Counted from the first letter of the stretch, positions 28,815-38,617 are shown. The stretch is 64,000 bases of DNA from a bacterium (GCA_963674965.2 CAXXFL010000006.1:448001-512000); one strand, 5' to 3'. Numbers and translations: made by a program. The notes: generated by a model from the letters alone, not told the origin.

Positions 28815-29810
28815 TCAGGCTACTCCAACCGCCAACGCCATGTCAAGCCCGCCGCGTTCGACCATCCGCCGCCGCTTCCGCTCTTCCCGCGCCGCTTCCA
28901 GCTTCAGGTCCCGAGCCGCCCAAATCTCCGCCTCCCGGCCAGCCAGTTTGTCCGCCGGCGCAATGTAACCGATCGCGCTGTGCAACCGCACGTTGTTGTA
29001 ATGCTCCACATACTCGCCCACGATCCGTTTGGCCTCATCCAAACTAAGCGGCGTCTTCGGACGGATGCATTCCTTCTTCAGCGTTTGATACCACCGCTCC
29101 TTCTTGCCGTTGCTTTGCGGATAGTACGGCGAGGTCCGAACATGCGTCATCCCGCTCACTCGGATGAACTCCTTGAAATCCCGGGCGATGAACTGCGGCC
29201 CATTGTCCGAGATGATGCGAGGCCGAGCAGCCGGATACTTCTCCTTCGCCCGCTCCAGGATCACTTCAACCTCCCACTCCTTCATGCTCTCTCGAATGTC
29301 CCAGTGGACCAGGTAGCGGCTTTGGCCGTCAATCACGCTGAACAGGTAATAAAACGTCCCGCAAATATTGATGTGGCTCACGTCAATGTGCCAGTGTTCA
29401 TGCGGCCTTTCGGGCTGCTCGAAACCCGTGCCCTTCAGCGACGGCTGGCCCGAAAACCGACCCAGCAAACCCGCTTCCGACAGCACCCGGTAAACGCTCG
29501 CCGGAGACACGCATACCAGATTCTCATCAAGCATCATGAACGCCAGCCGGCGGTAACCCTCCAGCGGGTGATCGAAATGATAGCGGATGATCGCCTGCTT
29601 CTCCCAATCCAAAAGCCAATGGTCCCGAGGGACCTTGCCGTTGTGCTCGTTGGCCAGGCCGTAGCGCTTCTTCCAGTCGTAGTACTTCGAGCTCGATATC
29701 CCCAGCCAATCGATCAGACGGGCCGCCGGAAGCTCCGCGCGGGAAAGCCAGTAGCCGACGTAGTCAACCACCTCGTCCCGCGTGTCGGGGGGGACCCATG
29801 CGGCCCTCAG
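28815..29810 (-). CDS. IS3 OrfB DDE transposase/integrase core (translated by -1 frameshift from OrfA)
   Basis: WHIDVS, IISDNGPQF, YPQSNGKKERWYQTLKKE, YNNVRLHSAIGY..P. Confidence 0.95.
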   Translation of the reverse strand: MRAAWVPPDTRDEVVDYVGYWLSRAELPAARLIDWLGISSSKYYDWKKRYGLANEHNGKVPRDHWLLDWEKQAIIRYHFDHPLEGYRRLAFMMLDENLVCVSPASVYRVLSEAGLLGRFSGQPSLKGTGFEQPERPHEHWHIDVSHINICGTFYYLFSVIDGQSRYLVHWDIRESMKEWEVEVILERAKEKYPAARPRIISDNGPQFIARDFKEFIRVSGMTHVRTSPYYPQSNGKKERWYQTLKKECIRPKTPLSLDEAKRIVGEYVEHYNNVRLHSAIGYIAPADKLAGREAEIWAARDLKLEAAREERKRRRMVERGGLDMALAVGVA

Positions 29811-30115
29811 AGGTCCCCAAGCTCTTTTTTTAACTTGACGTGGTCCTCCATCAGCTCTGAAATCACCTCGTCCTTCTTCCGAAGCTTGGCTTCCAGCGCC
29901 TCGATCCGCTCTGCCTCGCGCCGCTCCGGCCGGGAGGGCTGCCGTTCGAAGGCCGCCGCGCCGTTTTCAAAGAACTGCTTCTGCCAGTTGTAGAACTGGG
30001 TCGGCTGAATCCGCTCCTGCTCGCAAAGCTCCGACACTGCCACCTTGTCAACCAGGTGCCGCCTCAGCACCCGAACCTTCTCCTCCGCCGTAAATCTTCT
30101 TCGTCTCCCTTCCAT
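29807..30115 (-). CDS. IS3 OrfA (HTH plus leucine zipper)
   Basis: RRRFTAEEKVRVL...VSELC...QFYNWQKQF; A7G slippery site at 29824-29831 at its 3' end. Confidence 0.93.
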   Translation of the reverse strand: MEGRRRRFTAEEKVRVLRRHLVDKVAVSELCEQERIQPTQFYNWQKQFFENGAAAFERQPSRPERREAERIEALEAKLRKKDEVISELMEDHVKLKKELGDL

Positions 30116-30183
30116 CGTCCCGCCTCCTTCTCGATATAACTATCCTCGCGGAGGCGTTCTCCATTTTCAACTGAGGCAGGACA

Positions 30184-30748
30184 CGAGGTAGTCGACGGCG
30201 TCGGTGACGTCTCCGGCGATGGAGGTGAGGGCGCGGGTGGAGCCGAGGCCGTCGTAGTGGAAGAAGGAGACCGCCCCGGCTCGGGTCTGGCTGATGAGGT
30301 CGTCGCCGAAGGCGTAGGCGGCAAGCTCCGCGCCGGAGGCGTTTGTCTCGCGGGCCACCTGCGAGTATCCAGTGCGGTTGTTGTTGTCCACCAGGTAATT
30401 CACGCTCTCCCCCGGAGTCGTTTTCCTTATCCGCTCGCCCCTGTAATCGTAGGCGTACTCCGCCTCGAGGGCGCCGTCCTTCTCGGCCCTCGCCATCTTA
30501 TTATCACATGTCCACTCGTAAACCCAACTCCCCTCGGGGCCCGCCTTCCCCGCCATGTTGCCATTATCGTCCCAACTATAAGACGTAACCCCCGCCCCCG
30601 AGGATTCGGACAAAAGCCGGTCGTTGCCGTCATGGGCGTAAGTCGTCACCGCCCCGCCCGCGTTCATGGACTTCCTGTTCCCGAAGGCGTCGTAGTCGCT
30701 CTTGAAAAAGATGTCTCCACAATTTGCCATAAAAATTCTCACGTACAA
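30184..30748 (-). pseudogene. RHS module 1, 5' part (core fragment interrupted by IS3)
   Basis: YDAFGNR, YAHDGNDRL, YSWDDNGNM, FFHYDGLGSTRALT; near-identical to 32085-32545. Confidence 0.9.
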
Positions 30749-30827
30749 TTTAGTGACACTACTAAAAGTAAATTAAAATGACCTGCTCGCTATGCTCGCC
30801 CACATAGGCGAACAATGAATTACCTGT

Positions 30828-31355
30828 TTAGTCATAATTTATTATTGATGTTCTATAATATATTTTTTTATTTGAACGATTCCAGATATAAAATACTTTT
30901 CTTTTATTATTATTGTCATAGGCATAATGCCAGCATATTTGAATATTTGTATTGAATCGCCACGTGATAAGATTTGTGTGAGGCCATATTTCGTAGCTAC
31001 TATGATGTATCTTTCCGTGATCCTCATCCGCGTAAAAGAAGATATTATTTAAGCCAATAAATGACTTGCCATCGTATTCGTAATACCTTATATTTTTTTT
31101 ATATGTGGAGTACAGAGGATTATATCTGTACCATAATATAAGATTTTTATCAATCGTAGATATATTTTTATTAATTGATGTTTTCGCTTGAGTAATGCCG
31201 CATAAAATATCTATTGCGGTGTACAATGTAAATATAAATGTCAAAAACGCCGCGATATAGTATTTATATTTATAAATAGTCTTACCAATCCTCTCCAGTT
31301 TTATCAAGATATAGTCTATTCCAGTTATCAATTGATTTGAACTCTGTGTTTCCAT
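30828..31355 (-). CDS. Putative immunity/partner protein of RHS module 2 (start uncertain)
   Basis: Overlaps the RHS-CT stop; very AT-rich; TM segment then LYTAID...LWYRYNPLY, paralogous to 27263-27778. Confidence 0.7.
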   Translation of the reverse strand: METQSSNQLITGIDYILIKLERIGKTIYKYKYYIAAFLTFIFTLYTAIDILCGITQAKTSINKNISTIDKNLILWYRYNPLYSTYKKNIRYYEYDGKSFIGLNNIFFYADEDHGKIHHSSYEIWPHTNLITWRFNTNIQICWHYAYDNNNKRKVFYIWNRSNKKIYYRTSIINYD

Positions 31356-32545
31356 CTTTTTTATTTACCTCCAATGTTCCAATCTTATCTGGTTTCTCAT
31401 TATTCAGAAAATGAACTTTTTCATTGTCCGGCAGAGTGACTCCCCAGCCCTCAGTTAAAGAAAGGTCTTCAACAAGCGGCCCATAGCAGTATTTGTAACA
31501 TGTAGCAATACAAGCATCCTGTATGCTAATCTCATCGCCTAATTGACTGCCATAATTATCATGCATATCTCGAGTGTAATCCATGTACCTTTCTTTAATA
31601 TTGTATGCCGAGATATTCTCTCTATGATATCCGATTAAACAAAAACGTTCAGCAGTATATTCTGCTTCTATTTTGATAATATCTGGGTTTCGTAAGGCAA
31701 TTGCACTTGCACCACCAGTCGCTTTATAAAGAGGACGCGCTGTAATATTATATTTTCTGGTGTCCTGCCAAGATTTGGCACAAGGTAGGGCCAAAAGGAC
31801 TAATATGGTAAGAACTATTAATATAACTGCAAGTTTAATAAGATTAAAATAGCCTGATAAATCTGTAAATAAAATAGGATTATTGTTTACATATGAATAT
31901 TTATGAAGAGAGGAAGACATGTAATACACGCCATAAAAAGGATCGAGAGAAGCGAACATCCCGTTCACCGGATCATACAACCTCGCCCTCAGATAGTAAT
32001 ACCCTATATTGAAATCGTAGGCCTCGCCGGTGAAGAGATGTGAGAATTCGGTAGTGCCGGTCCTGGCGAGGATTTGGCCGAAGGCGAGGTAGGTGACGGC
32101 GTCGGTGACGTCGCCGGCGATGGAGGTGAGGGCGCGGGTGGAGCCGAGGCCGTCGTAGTGGAAGAAGGAGACCGCGCCGGCGCGGGTCTGGCTGATGAGG
32201 TCGTCGCCGAAGGAGTAGGCGGCAAGCTCCGCGCCGGAGGCGTTTGTCTCGCGGGCCACCTGCGAGTAACCAGTGCGGTTGTTGTTGTCCACCAGGTAAT
32301 TCACGCTCTCCCCCGGAGTCGTTTTCCTTATCCGCTCGCCCCTGTAATCGTAGGCGTACTCCGCCTCGAGGGCGCCGTCCTTCTCGGCCCTCTCCATCTT
32401 ATTATCACATGTCCACTCGTAAACCCAACTCCCCTCGGGACCCGCCTTCCCCGCCATGTTCCCATTATCGTCCCAACTATAAGACGTAACCCCCGCACCC
32501 GAGGATTCGGACAAAAGCCGGTCGTTGCCGTCATGCGCGTAAGTC
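31282..32545 (-). CDS. RHS orphan module 2: 5'-truncated core plus C-terminal domain with a pilin-like helix
   Basis: Open frame with YYYLRARLYDP...DP...NNPILFTDLSG then Y-FNLIKLAVILIVLTILVLLALP; core similarity begins abruptly at about 32545, with no clear start. Confidence 0.85.
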
Positions 32546-32812
32546 TACGGAAAGGATGGCTTTTAAAAGATTTTTCGGCCATGAAAGGGCTGGACAAGCG
32601 GCGACTTGGATTGGCGACGCGCGGCAAGGTTCGCCCTTCATGGACGGGGAAGAAATTTTCGGCTACGGCTACTCAAAGGGTAAATCCCTTCGGTCTTTTT
32701 TGCAGACCTCCATGAGCCGAACATCCCAAGTTTTCCAAAATGGGGAAGTCCACCTCTCGCTCCCTTGCCAGTTCCCTCGGGATAATCGTAAACTTATCTG
32801 GAAGGGACCTTT

Positions 32813-33559
32813 ATGAAAGACGACTGGTACAAGGATTTTTTCGAGGGCGTGGCCCTGGATTTCTGGCGCCAGGCCATGCCTCCTCTTCAGACGGGGGTCG
32901 AGGCCGACTTTATCGTGGACGCGCTTTCGCCGCCCAAGGGGGGAAAGCTGCTGGACTGCCCCTGCGGCGACGGCCGGCACATGGCCAAGCTGGCCTCCCG
33001 CGGCTTCCGGGTCACGGGGGTGGACGTCTCGCGCTATTGCCTGGAGGCGGCCCGGGCCCGGCTCGAGGAGGCCGGGCTTTCGGACATGGCCGATCTTGTC
33101 CAGGCCGACATGACGGACATGGACGTGGGCGAAGGTTACGGCGGCGCCTATTGCATGGGCAACAGCTTCGGCTACCTGGACCGGGGCGCCATGGATCGCT
33201 TTCTCGGCGCGGTCAGCCGGTCCCTGTTGCCGGGGGCCGGGCTGATACTCGAGACGGCCATGGCGGCGGAGAGCTTCTTCCCCACCTTCCAGGAGCGCGA
33301 CTTCATGAAGGTGGGCGACATAACCCTGCTCATGCGGCACGAGTACCACCCCGGCCAGAGCCGCCTGGACACGGAGTACACCTTCATCCGGGACGGCGAG
33401 GTCCAGGTCCGGGGCTCGCGCTACTGGATTTTCACCATGGGCGAGATAAAGAGGATGATCGGGAAGGCGGGCATGAAGATGGACGCCGTCTTCGGCGCCC
33501 CCGACAAAAGACCCTACCGCCTCGGCTCCCCCGCCGCCCTGATCGTGGCCAGGAAATGA
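32813..33559 (+). CDS. Class I SAM-dependent methyltransferase
   Basis: LLDCPCGDGRH motif I, VTGVDVS, QADM, GNSFGY. Confidence 0.92.
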   Translation: MKDDWYKDFFEGVALDFWRQAMPPLQTGVEADFIVDALSPPKGGKLLDCPCGDGRHMAKLASRGFRVTGVDVSRYCLEAARARLEEAGLSDMADLVQADMTDMDVGEGYGGAYCMGNSFGYLDRGAMDRFLGAVSRSLLPGAGLILETAMAAESFFPTFQERDFMKVGDITLLMRHEYHPGQSRLDTEYTFIRDGEVQVRGSRYWIFTMGEIKRMIGKAGMKMDAVFGAPDKRPYRLGSPAALIVARK

Positions 33560-33822
33560 CGCGGGAGATAAAATGGAAGAGCAATATCAAGAGAATGGAA
33601 GCGGGGAAGATATTCCTCCCGTACACCCTCCAGCCTCGCGCGATGAGGAAGACCAATCCGGCGGTCCTCAATGGCTGATTGCCTTTGCGCGGACTATCTT
33701 CATCAATTTTCTGATGTTGGGAGGAGTTGTCCTGTTTCTGTCCTTCTTGCGTGAGTTTGGAATATTCACTTTTGGAGAACCGGGCGGAATGGGCAAGGCT
33801 GATTTTAAAGGAGGAGAAAATA

Positions 33823-34542
33823 ATGGCGTATCGGAAAATCTTATTAAGGCCTGTTCACGTGACCATTTCATGTCTTTTTATCATCTTACTTATGCTATTC
33901 GCTGGGCCTTCATGCAGGATGATGTGCATGAAACCGGACAGGGATGGAATCTTTGAAGATACCGACTTCTCTCATCCTCTCCATAAGGCGGCCGCCCTTG
34001 GCCAAGTTGAGGAATGTAATAAAATCCTCGACCAGGGAGTTGACGTTAATTTATTGAACAAAGGCAAGCGGTCTCCTCTTCACATGGCCGCGATCACTGG
34101 CCGGCGGCAGGTGGCGGAATTGCTTATCGAGAGAGGAGCTGATATTGAAATGCAAAATCCATTCAAGGAGACGCCTCTTCAGTTAGCGGCGGAATACGGC
34201 AAACTTGATACCGTTAAGCTGCTCGTTGAAAAAGGCGCTAACCTTGAAGCGAGTAACTGGTTCGGAAGCACGGCCTTGCATAACTCCATTGGGAAAGGCC
34301 ATGACGAAGTTGCTATTTTTCTGATCGAAAATGGCGCGGACATTAACGCGCTCAATAACGCCAAGCAAACGCCCCTGGCCAGGGCCGCTCTTTTCGACAG
34401 GCTGAAGATAGCTGAAGCGCTTATCGAGAAAGGCGCCAAGGTAAATACCATTGACGAATACGGCAAAACTCCCCTCCTTACCGCCAAAGACGGCGGAAAA
34501 GAAGAAATGGTCAAGTTGCTCAGAAAGCACGCGTTCAAATAG
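33823..34542 (+). CDS. Ankyrin-repeat protein with N-terminal signal/TM segment
   Basis: About six ANK repeats (PLHKAA, SPLHMAA, TPLQLAA, TALHNS, TPLARAA, TPLLTA); GGAGG RBS before ATG 33823. Confidence 0.92.
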   Translation: MAYRKILLRPVHVTISCLFIILLMLFAGPSCRMMCMKPDRDGIFEDTDFSHPLHKAAALGQVEECNKILDQGVDVNLLNKGKRSPLHMAAITGRRQVAELLIERGADIEMQNPFKETPLQLAAEYGKLDTVKLLVEKGANLEASNWFGSTALHNSIGKGHDEVAIFLIENGADINALNNAKQTPLARAALFDRLKIAEALIEKGAKVNTIDEYGKTPLLTAKDGGKEEMVKLLRKHAFK

Positions 34543-34595
34543 TAGGGCCATGAAAAAAGATGCACTCGGATTAGACCTTTATAATAGTCCCGGCT

Positions 34596-35087
34596 TTATT
34601 CGGATAGTCTCCAACATTCGACGTCCCGGTCTTCTCCCTCGCCCCCGCTTACGCCGTCCGCGCCGTAGCTTATTATCGAGTACATCCCATAAACGTCCGG
34701 GCTATGGTAGATATACTCGTTTCCCCATGGATCGAGAGGGATGCCCGCCAAATACCCATCGGGATTGTAATTTTTCGGCTCAGGGGGGATCGAAGGTTTT
34801 TCCACCAGCGCCTGCGGGCCCTGCTCCGTGGTGGGATAGGCGCCGTTGTCCTTGTGATACATTTCAAGGGCGGTCTTGAAATTGACGATTTGAGTTTTGG
34901 CGGCGTTTTGCTTTAATTTAATCCGATCGCACTGAAAAGGGGAAGGATAAATCCTGATACCGGAGAGTAAAAGGAGTAGCAGCAAAGCCAGAATTATCAA
35001 AATCGAACGAATGGCCCTTCGCTTTTTGTTTCCCTTTGTTTGAACGGTATCTTCCTTATCCTCTTTTCTTAACATGGTAATCCCCAC
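34596..35087 (-). CDS. GspG-like (T2SS major pseudopilin) domain protein with atypical N-terminus
   Basis: AKTQI..FKTALEMY..DNGAYPTTEQG..AL...P.DPWGNEYIY.SP...I.SYGADG..GGEGED.D; no G|FTLxE motif. Confidence 0.85.
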   Translation of the reverse strand: MGITMLRKEDKEDTVQTKGNKKRRAIRSILIILALLLLLLLSGIRIYPSPFQCDRIKLKQNAAKTQIVNFKTALEMYHKDNGAYPTTEQGPQALVEKPSIPPEPKNYNPDGYLAGIPLDPWGNEYIYHSPDVYGMYSIISYGADGVSGGEGEDRDVECWRLSE

Positions 35088-35473
35088 CGCCGCGATTTGG
35101 AATCTTCAAATAAAAACCCTGGATGCTAATTAGATTCCCGTCTCGGGAGGTTGTTCCAGATAAAATCCAGAGCGCAACCGAGCCCTCATCAGGGTCATGT
35201 TTCCAAATAACCAATAACTGAACCACCAAGACGCGAAGTAGGCGAAGAAACAATAAAATATCTTTCACCTTTCGAGTTTAAAGACGTCATGATGAATATT
35301 TATCCACATTGTTTTGTAACGCCATGTATGCAAACGTCCGGGCCTATTTTTCCTGAAGGACCTGGAAACTTGACATGAGGGCGAGCTGATAAGTATGCTC
35401 GAAACGTTAAGACCCGGTACCAAGGCTTTCGTACTTGCCCATTAAAAGGACGTATTAAGAGAGGTAAAGCTGA

Positions 35474-36628
35474 ATGAAAAGACGCGATTTTATCAAGGCC
35501 GGCGTGGTCGCCGCTCCTCTTTGCGCGGCGGCGCTTCCCGCCATGGCCAAAAAGCCGCTTCCAAATCACCTTCCCATCATCGACGAGCGGATGAAGCGGA
35601 CCGATTACAAGCCCATTTATGAAGAGCGCGAGATAACCCGGCCGGTCGCCCTTTGCGACGGCGAGGGCAATCTCAACCCCGAGGCCGTGGGCTGGTCCCG
35701 CGTTCCCCTCCAGCGCTGCAACCTGAAGGGGCATTGGGGCCGCAAGAAGAAATGGAACTACTGGAGCTTCACCAGCGAGGAATTCAATTTCAACATCATC
35801 CTTTCCGACGACGACTACGTGGGCATCGGCGGCGGAAACATGCTGGACCTCACCAGGAACGGGCGCATAACCAGGGAGATCATCCGCATACCTTCCCCCA
35901 AAATGAACATGCCCGAGGAGGTGGAGAAGGACATATCCTTTCGCGCCGGCGGGACGTCCTTCTCGATGGTCCACGAGATGGGGGGCATTAGCACGGTTTT
36001 CCACTGCGCCTCCATGGAGGGCGAGGAGGTAAGCGCCGAGTTCTTTATCCACAAGCCGCCCGGCCACGAGAACGTAAACGTGGTGGTCCCCTGGACCAGC
36101 GACAGGTTCCAGTTCACCGCCAAGCAGTACGGGCTTCCCACCGAGGGCGCGATCAAGGTGGGAGCGCGGGAATATAAAATGGACCCCGACAAGTGCTTCG
36201 CCTCCCTCGACTTCGGCCGGGGCATGTGGCCGTACCGGGCCTACTGGAACTGGGCCGCGGGCACGGGCAAGCAGGGCGGCGACGTTCTGGGCGTCAACTT
36301 CGGCTCGAAGTGGACCACGGGGACGGGAAGCAACCAGAACGGCGTGGTGCTCAACTCGAGGCTGTATAAATTCCATGAGGACGTGGAATTCGAGTTCGAC
36401 GCCAAGTCGCCACGGAAGCCGTGGAGGGTACACACGGTCCAATCAAACGACGTCGATATCACCCTGACCCCGCAATTCAACGAGAAGCGGCGCTTGAACC
36501 TGGGCCTGCTCAAGGCCTGCGGTAACATGGCCCTGGGAAGATGGTCGGGCAAGGTTAATCTGGACGGCCGAACCTATGAACTGAAAGACCTCATGGGCTG
36601 GGCCGAGGAGAACGTCTGGCGGTGGTGA
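35474..36628 (+). CDS. Tat-exported DUF2804-like protein
   Basis: MKRRDFIK signal; LNPEAVGWSR.P, KKWNYW, LDFGRGMWPY...WNW, GWAEE...RW. Confidence 0.8.
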   Translation: MKRRDFIKAGVVAAPLCAAALPAMAKKPLPNHLPIIDERMKRTDYKPIYEEREITRPVALCDGEGNLNPEAVGWSRVPLQRCNLKGHWGRKKKWNYWSFTSEEFNFNIILSDDDYVGIGGGNMLDLTRNGRITREIIRIPSPKMNMPEEVEKDISFRAGGTSFSMVHEMGGISTVFHCASMEGEEVSAEFFIHKPPGHENVNVVVPWTSDRFQFTAKQYGLPTEGAIKVGAREYKMDPDKCFASLDFGRGMWPYRAYWNWAAGTGKQGGDVLGVNFGSKWTTGTGSNQNGVVLNSRLYKFHEDVEFEFDAKSPRKPWRVHTVQSNDVDITLTPQFNEKRRLNLGLLKACGNMALGRWSGKVNLDGRTYELKDLMGWAEENVWRW

Positions 36629-36712
36629 ATTAATGGCGGCGGGATGGCTCGCGGAAACGATATCGGATTGTCGCCTTGGGCATATATAATATATCATGGC
36701 CATATGGTACAC

Positions 36713-37025
36713 GGCGGCATTAAGGATGATGGGCGCTTGAACCTTGCCCTGGCGGCTTTGACGTTCGTATTGGCCGCTACCTTAAGGCTGATCGGCCTGC
36801 GACAGGGTCTTTGGCTCGATGAAATCATGTCCGTGCGGGAGTATTTCCACGCGCCCTGGATCGTCCTTGTAACGCGCGTGCCCACGCCCAACCATCACCC
36901 GCTTTACTCGCTTATGGCCAAGCCGTGCATTTTACTTTTAGGCGAAAAGGAATGGACCGTGAGGTTGCCGGCATTTGTCCTGGGGTCCTTGACGCCGCCT
37001 CTACTTTATCTTCGAGGAAGGACAA
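36713..37025 (+). pseudogene. GT-C (PMT_2/GT39-like) membrane glycosyltransferase N-terminal fragment
   Basis: LRL..L..GLWLDE, NHHPLY, EWTVRLPA..G motifs; similarity stops after about 100 aa where the sequence turns AT-rich; boundaries approximate. Confidence 0.75.
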
Positions 37026-37187
37026 CCTGGAACTCATTAAGGCGTCATGCCAATAAACTAAGACCTTTCAATCCTTTGAAAGCGATCAAAACGACGTGCA
37101 TGTCTTCAGATGCCCATGATATTATGTGGCCATGACCACCCGCGTGATCTTTTAATGTCTCATTTATAGGTTGGCCTGTCCGGTTTT

Positions 37188-37231
37188 GGGGTACGGGGAC
37201 AGTATACGGGGGGGTACGGGGACAGTATACG
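37188..37231. repeat. Tandem 21-nt direct repeat GGGGTACGGGGACAGTATACG x2
   Basis: Exact copies at 37188-37208 and 37211-37231; the reverse strand contains the TGTCCCC core seen in nearby RAYT-flanking motifs. Confidence 0.85.
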
Positions 37232-37375
37232 TATCTCGCCTGCATAGCGGGGCGGGGAGTCGATTATAAATATTCCATCAATTTCCATTTTAGATATCCC
37301 AGATTATTTTCAATCATTAGGTACACTGTCCTCAGATATTCCCAGATATCAGATATTTCAAGAGTCTTTTAGGGC

Positions 37376-38518
37376 TTAGCGGGTTTCATCTTGAGCCTCG
37401 CCGAGGCGTTCGGAGACTCTTGGTTTCGGTAGCTGGAGGGAGGGGACATTTTGTTGAATGAATGACTCCAGCGCTTTTGCCGTTATTTTATGAGCGATCG
37501 GCGACGGGTGGGGGTCGTCAGGAGACACTATAAGAACTGACCTTGATTGGGGCCTGTACACCGGATAGAGGTCCAGTACCAGGAAGCCTAATGAACTGGC
37601 CGTGGTTGCGACCCGGTCATGGAGTTCAAGATATGGATACTCCGGCCATTCCTCGTTCCCCAGGTCAGGAAAAATCATGACAATAACGGGTACCTCCCGC
37701 TTACGCGCCCATAATTCGAGCCTCATCATGGCTCGATTGACTGACAACCAGCTTCGGGCGTCGTTATGCAAGTACAAGCAATAGTCGTTTCCCCCTTTCC
37801 TCCAAACTTGATACTTCCATTCGGCCAGGCGTAAAAGCCTTAAAAGATGGGACCGTTGCCAGATTCGGTCCGGTTGGTAAAAGGCCTTAAGGGGCTGCAA
37901 TGGGTCCAACTCGGGATCGTTAAGACAATAACCGAGGACGATAAGATCGGGTTCCATCAATGCCCCTCGATGAAGAAACAGGTTTACCTCGTCCTGGGTG
38001 TTATAACCGCTCACCGCCAGATTGAGGACCTGATATTTTCCGGGCGCCGATCGCTCGAAGAGTTTTTGCAGCTCCGCTTCGAAGGTTTGTTCCTGGTTCA
38101 CGCCCCATCCGAAGGAAATGGAGTCTCCAAGCACCTCAATCCTCCGTACCCCGGCGGGCTTGGCCAACGTGATGGGGGGAGATCGCATGGCCAGATCGTT
38201 GGTGACGATGTGCCAGCCAAAAACGACAATGTCTACATTCGGTCGCAGTTCGTAATACAAGCCGGGAATTGAAGAAGCTTGATGCAGGCCTTGATTCCAA
38301 CCCTTGTTGCCCAGGACGTCATATCCTGGGTCCCACAACGCGGGCTGGCCTAACGCTCGCAGAACTATTTCGGCCAAGAGGAGAGCGAAAAACATCGATG
38401 ACGTTGCCGCCAAAATTTTCCGGCGCGCTCGAGGCCGCGGGGAGAGGGAGGGAGAGTCCTGGTTTACGGCATACTCGGAGTGGACCTTTCTATTCATAAG
38501 CTCCTTGGTGTTTCTCAT
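37376..38518 (-). CDS. SGNH/GDSL hydrolase family protein, membrane-anchored
   Basis: LGDSISFGWGV, VLNLAVSGY, YCLND, DDPHPS blocks; N-terminal TM LLLAEIVLR. Confidence 0.93.
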   Translation of the reverse strand: MRNTKELMNRKVHSEYAVNQDSPSLSPRPRARRKILAATSSMFFALLLAEIVLRALGQPALWDPGYDVLGNKGWNQGLHQASSIPGLYYELRPNVDIVVFGWHIVTNDLAMRSPPITLAKPAGVRRIEVLGDSISFGWGVNQEQTFEAELQKLFERSAPGKYQVLNLAVSGYNTQDEVNLFLHRGALMEPDLIVLGYCLNDPELDPLQPLKAFYQPDRIWQRSHLLRLLRLAEWKYQVWRKGGNDYCLYLHNDARSWLSVNRAMMRLELWARKREVPVIVMIFPDLGNEEWPEYPYLELHDRVATTASSLGFLVLDLYPVYRPQSRSVLIVSPDDPHPSPIAHKITAKALESFIQQNVPSLQLPKPRVSERLGEAQDETR

Positions 38519-38617
38519 TATAGCACGCGCGGGTCCAACTTAAAATTAAATCTGGAGATAAATCTGGAGACATACTTAATTATTGATATACATCTTCCCC
38601 TGTGCCAAAATTTTGTC

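Larger units (their letters stand above)
28566..30183 (-). mobile_element. IS3-family insertion sequence (1618 bp), apparently intact
   Basis: TG...CA ends, 28-bp imperfect inverted repeats (22/28), 4-bp target duplication CGAG (28562-28565 and 30184-30187) confirmed by the uninterrupted paralogous site near 32085. Confidence 0.96.

Noticed and set aside
25810-29993. + strand ORFs 25810-27258 and 28980-29993
   Set aside because: Antisense to RHS repeats and IS3 orfB
33573-33956. 127-aa ORF with one hydrophobic segment
   Set aside because: Overlaps the ankyrin gene by over 130 nt and has no recognisable family; its 5' part might encode a small membrane protein but this cannot be supported
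37188-37231. Direct repeat considered as a mini-CRISPR
   Set aside because: Only two copies, a 2-nt gap instead of a spacer, no cas genes
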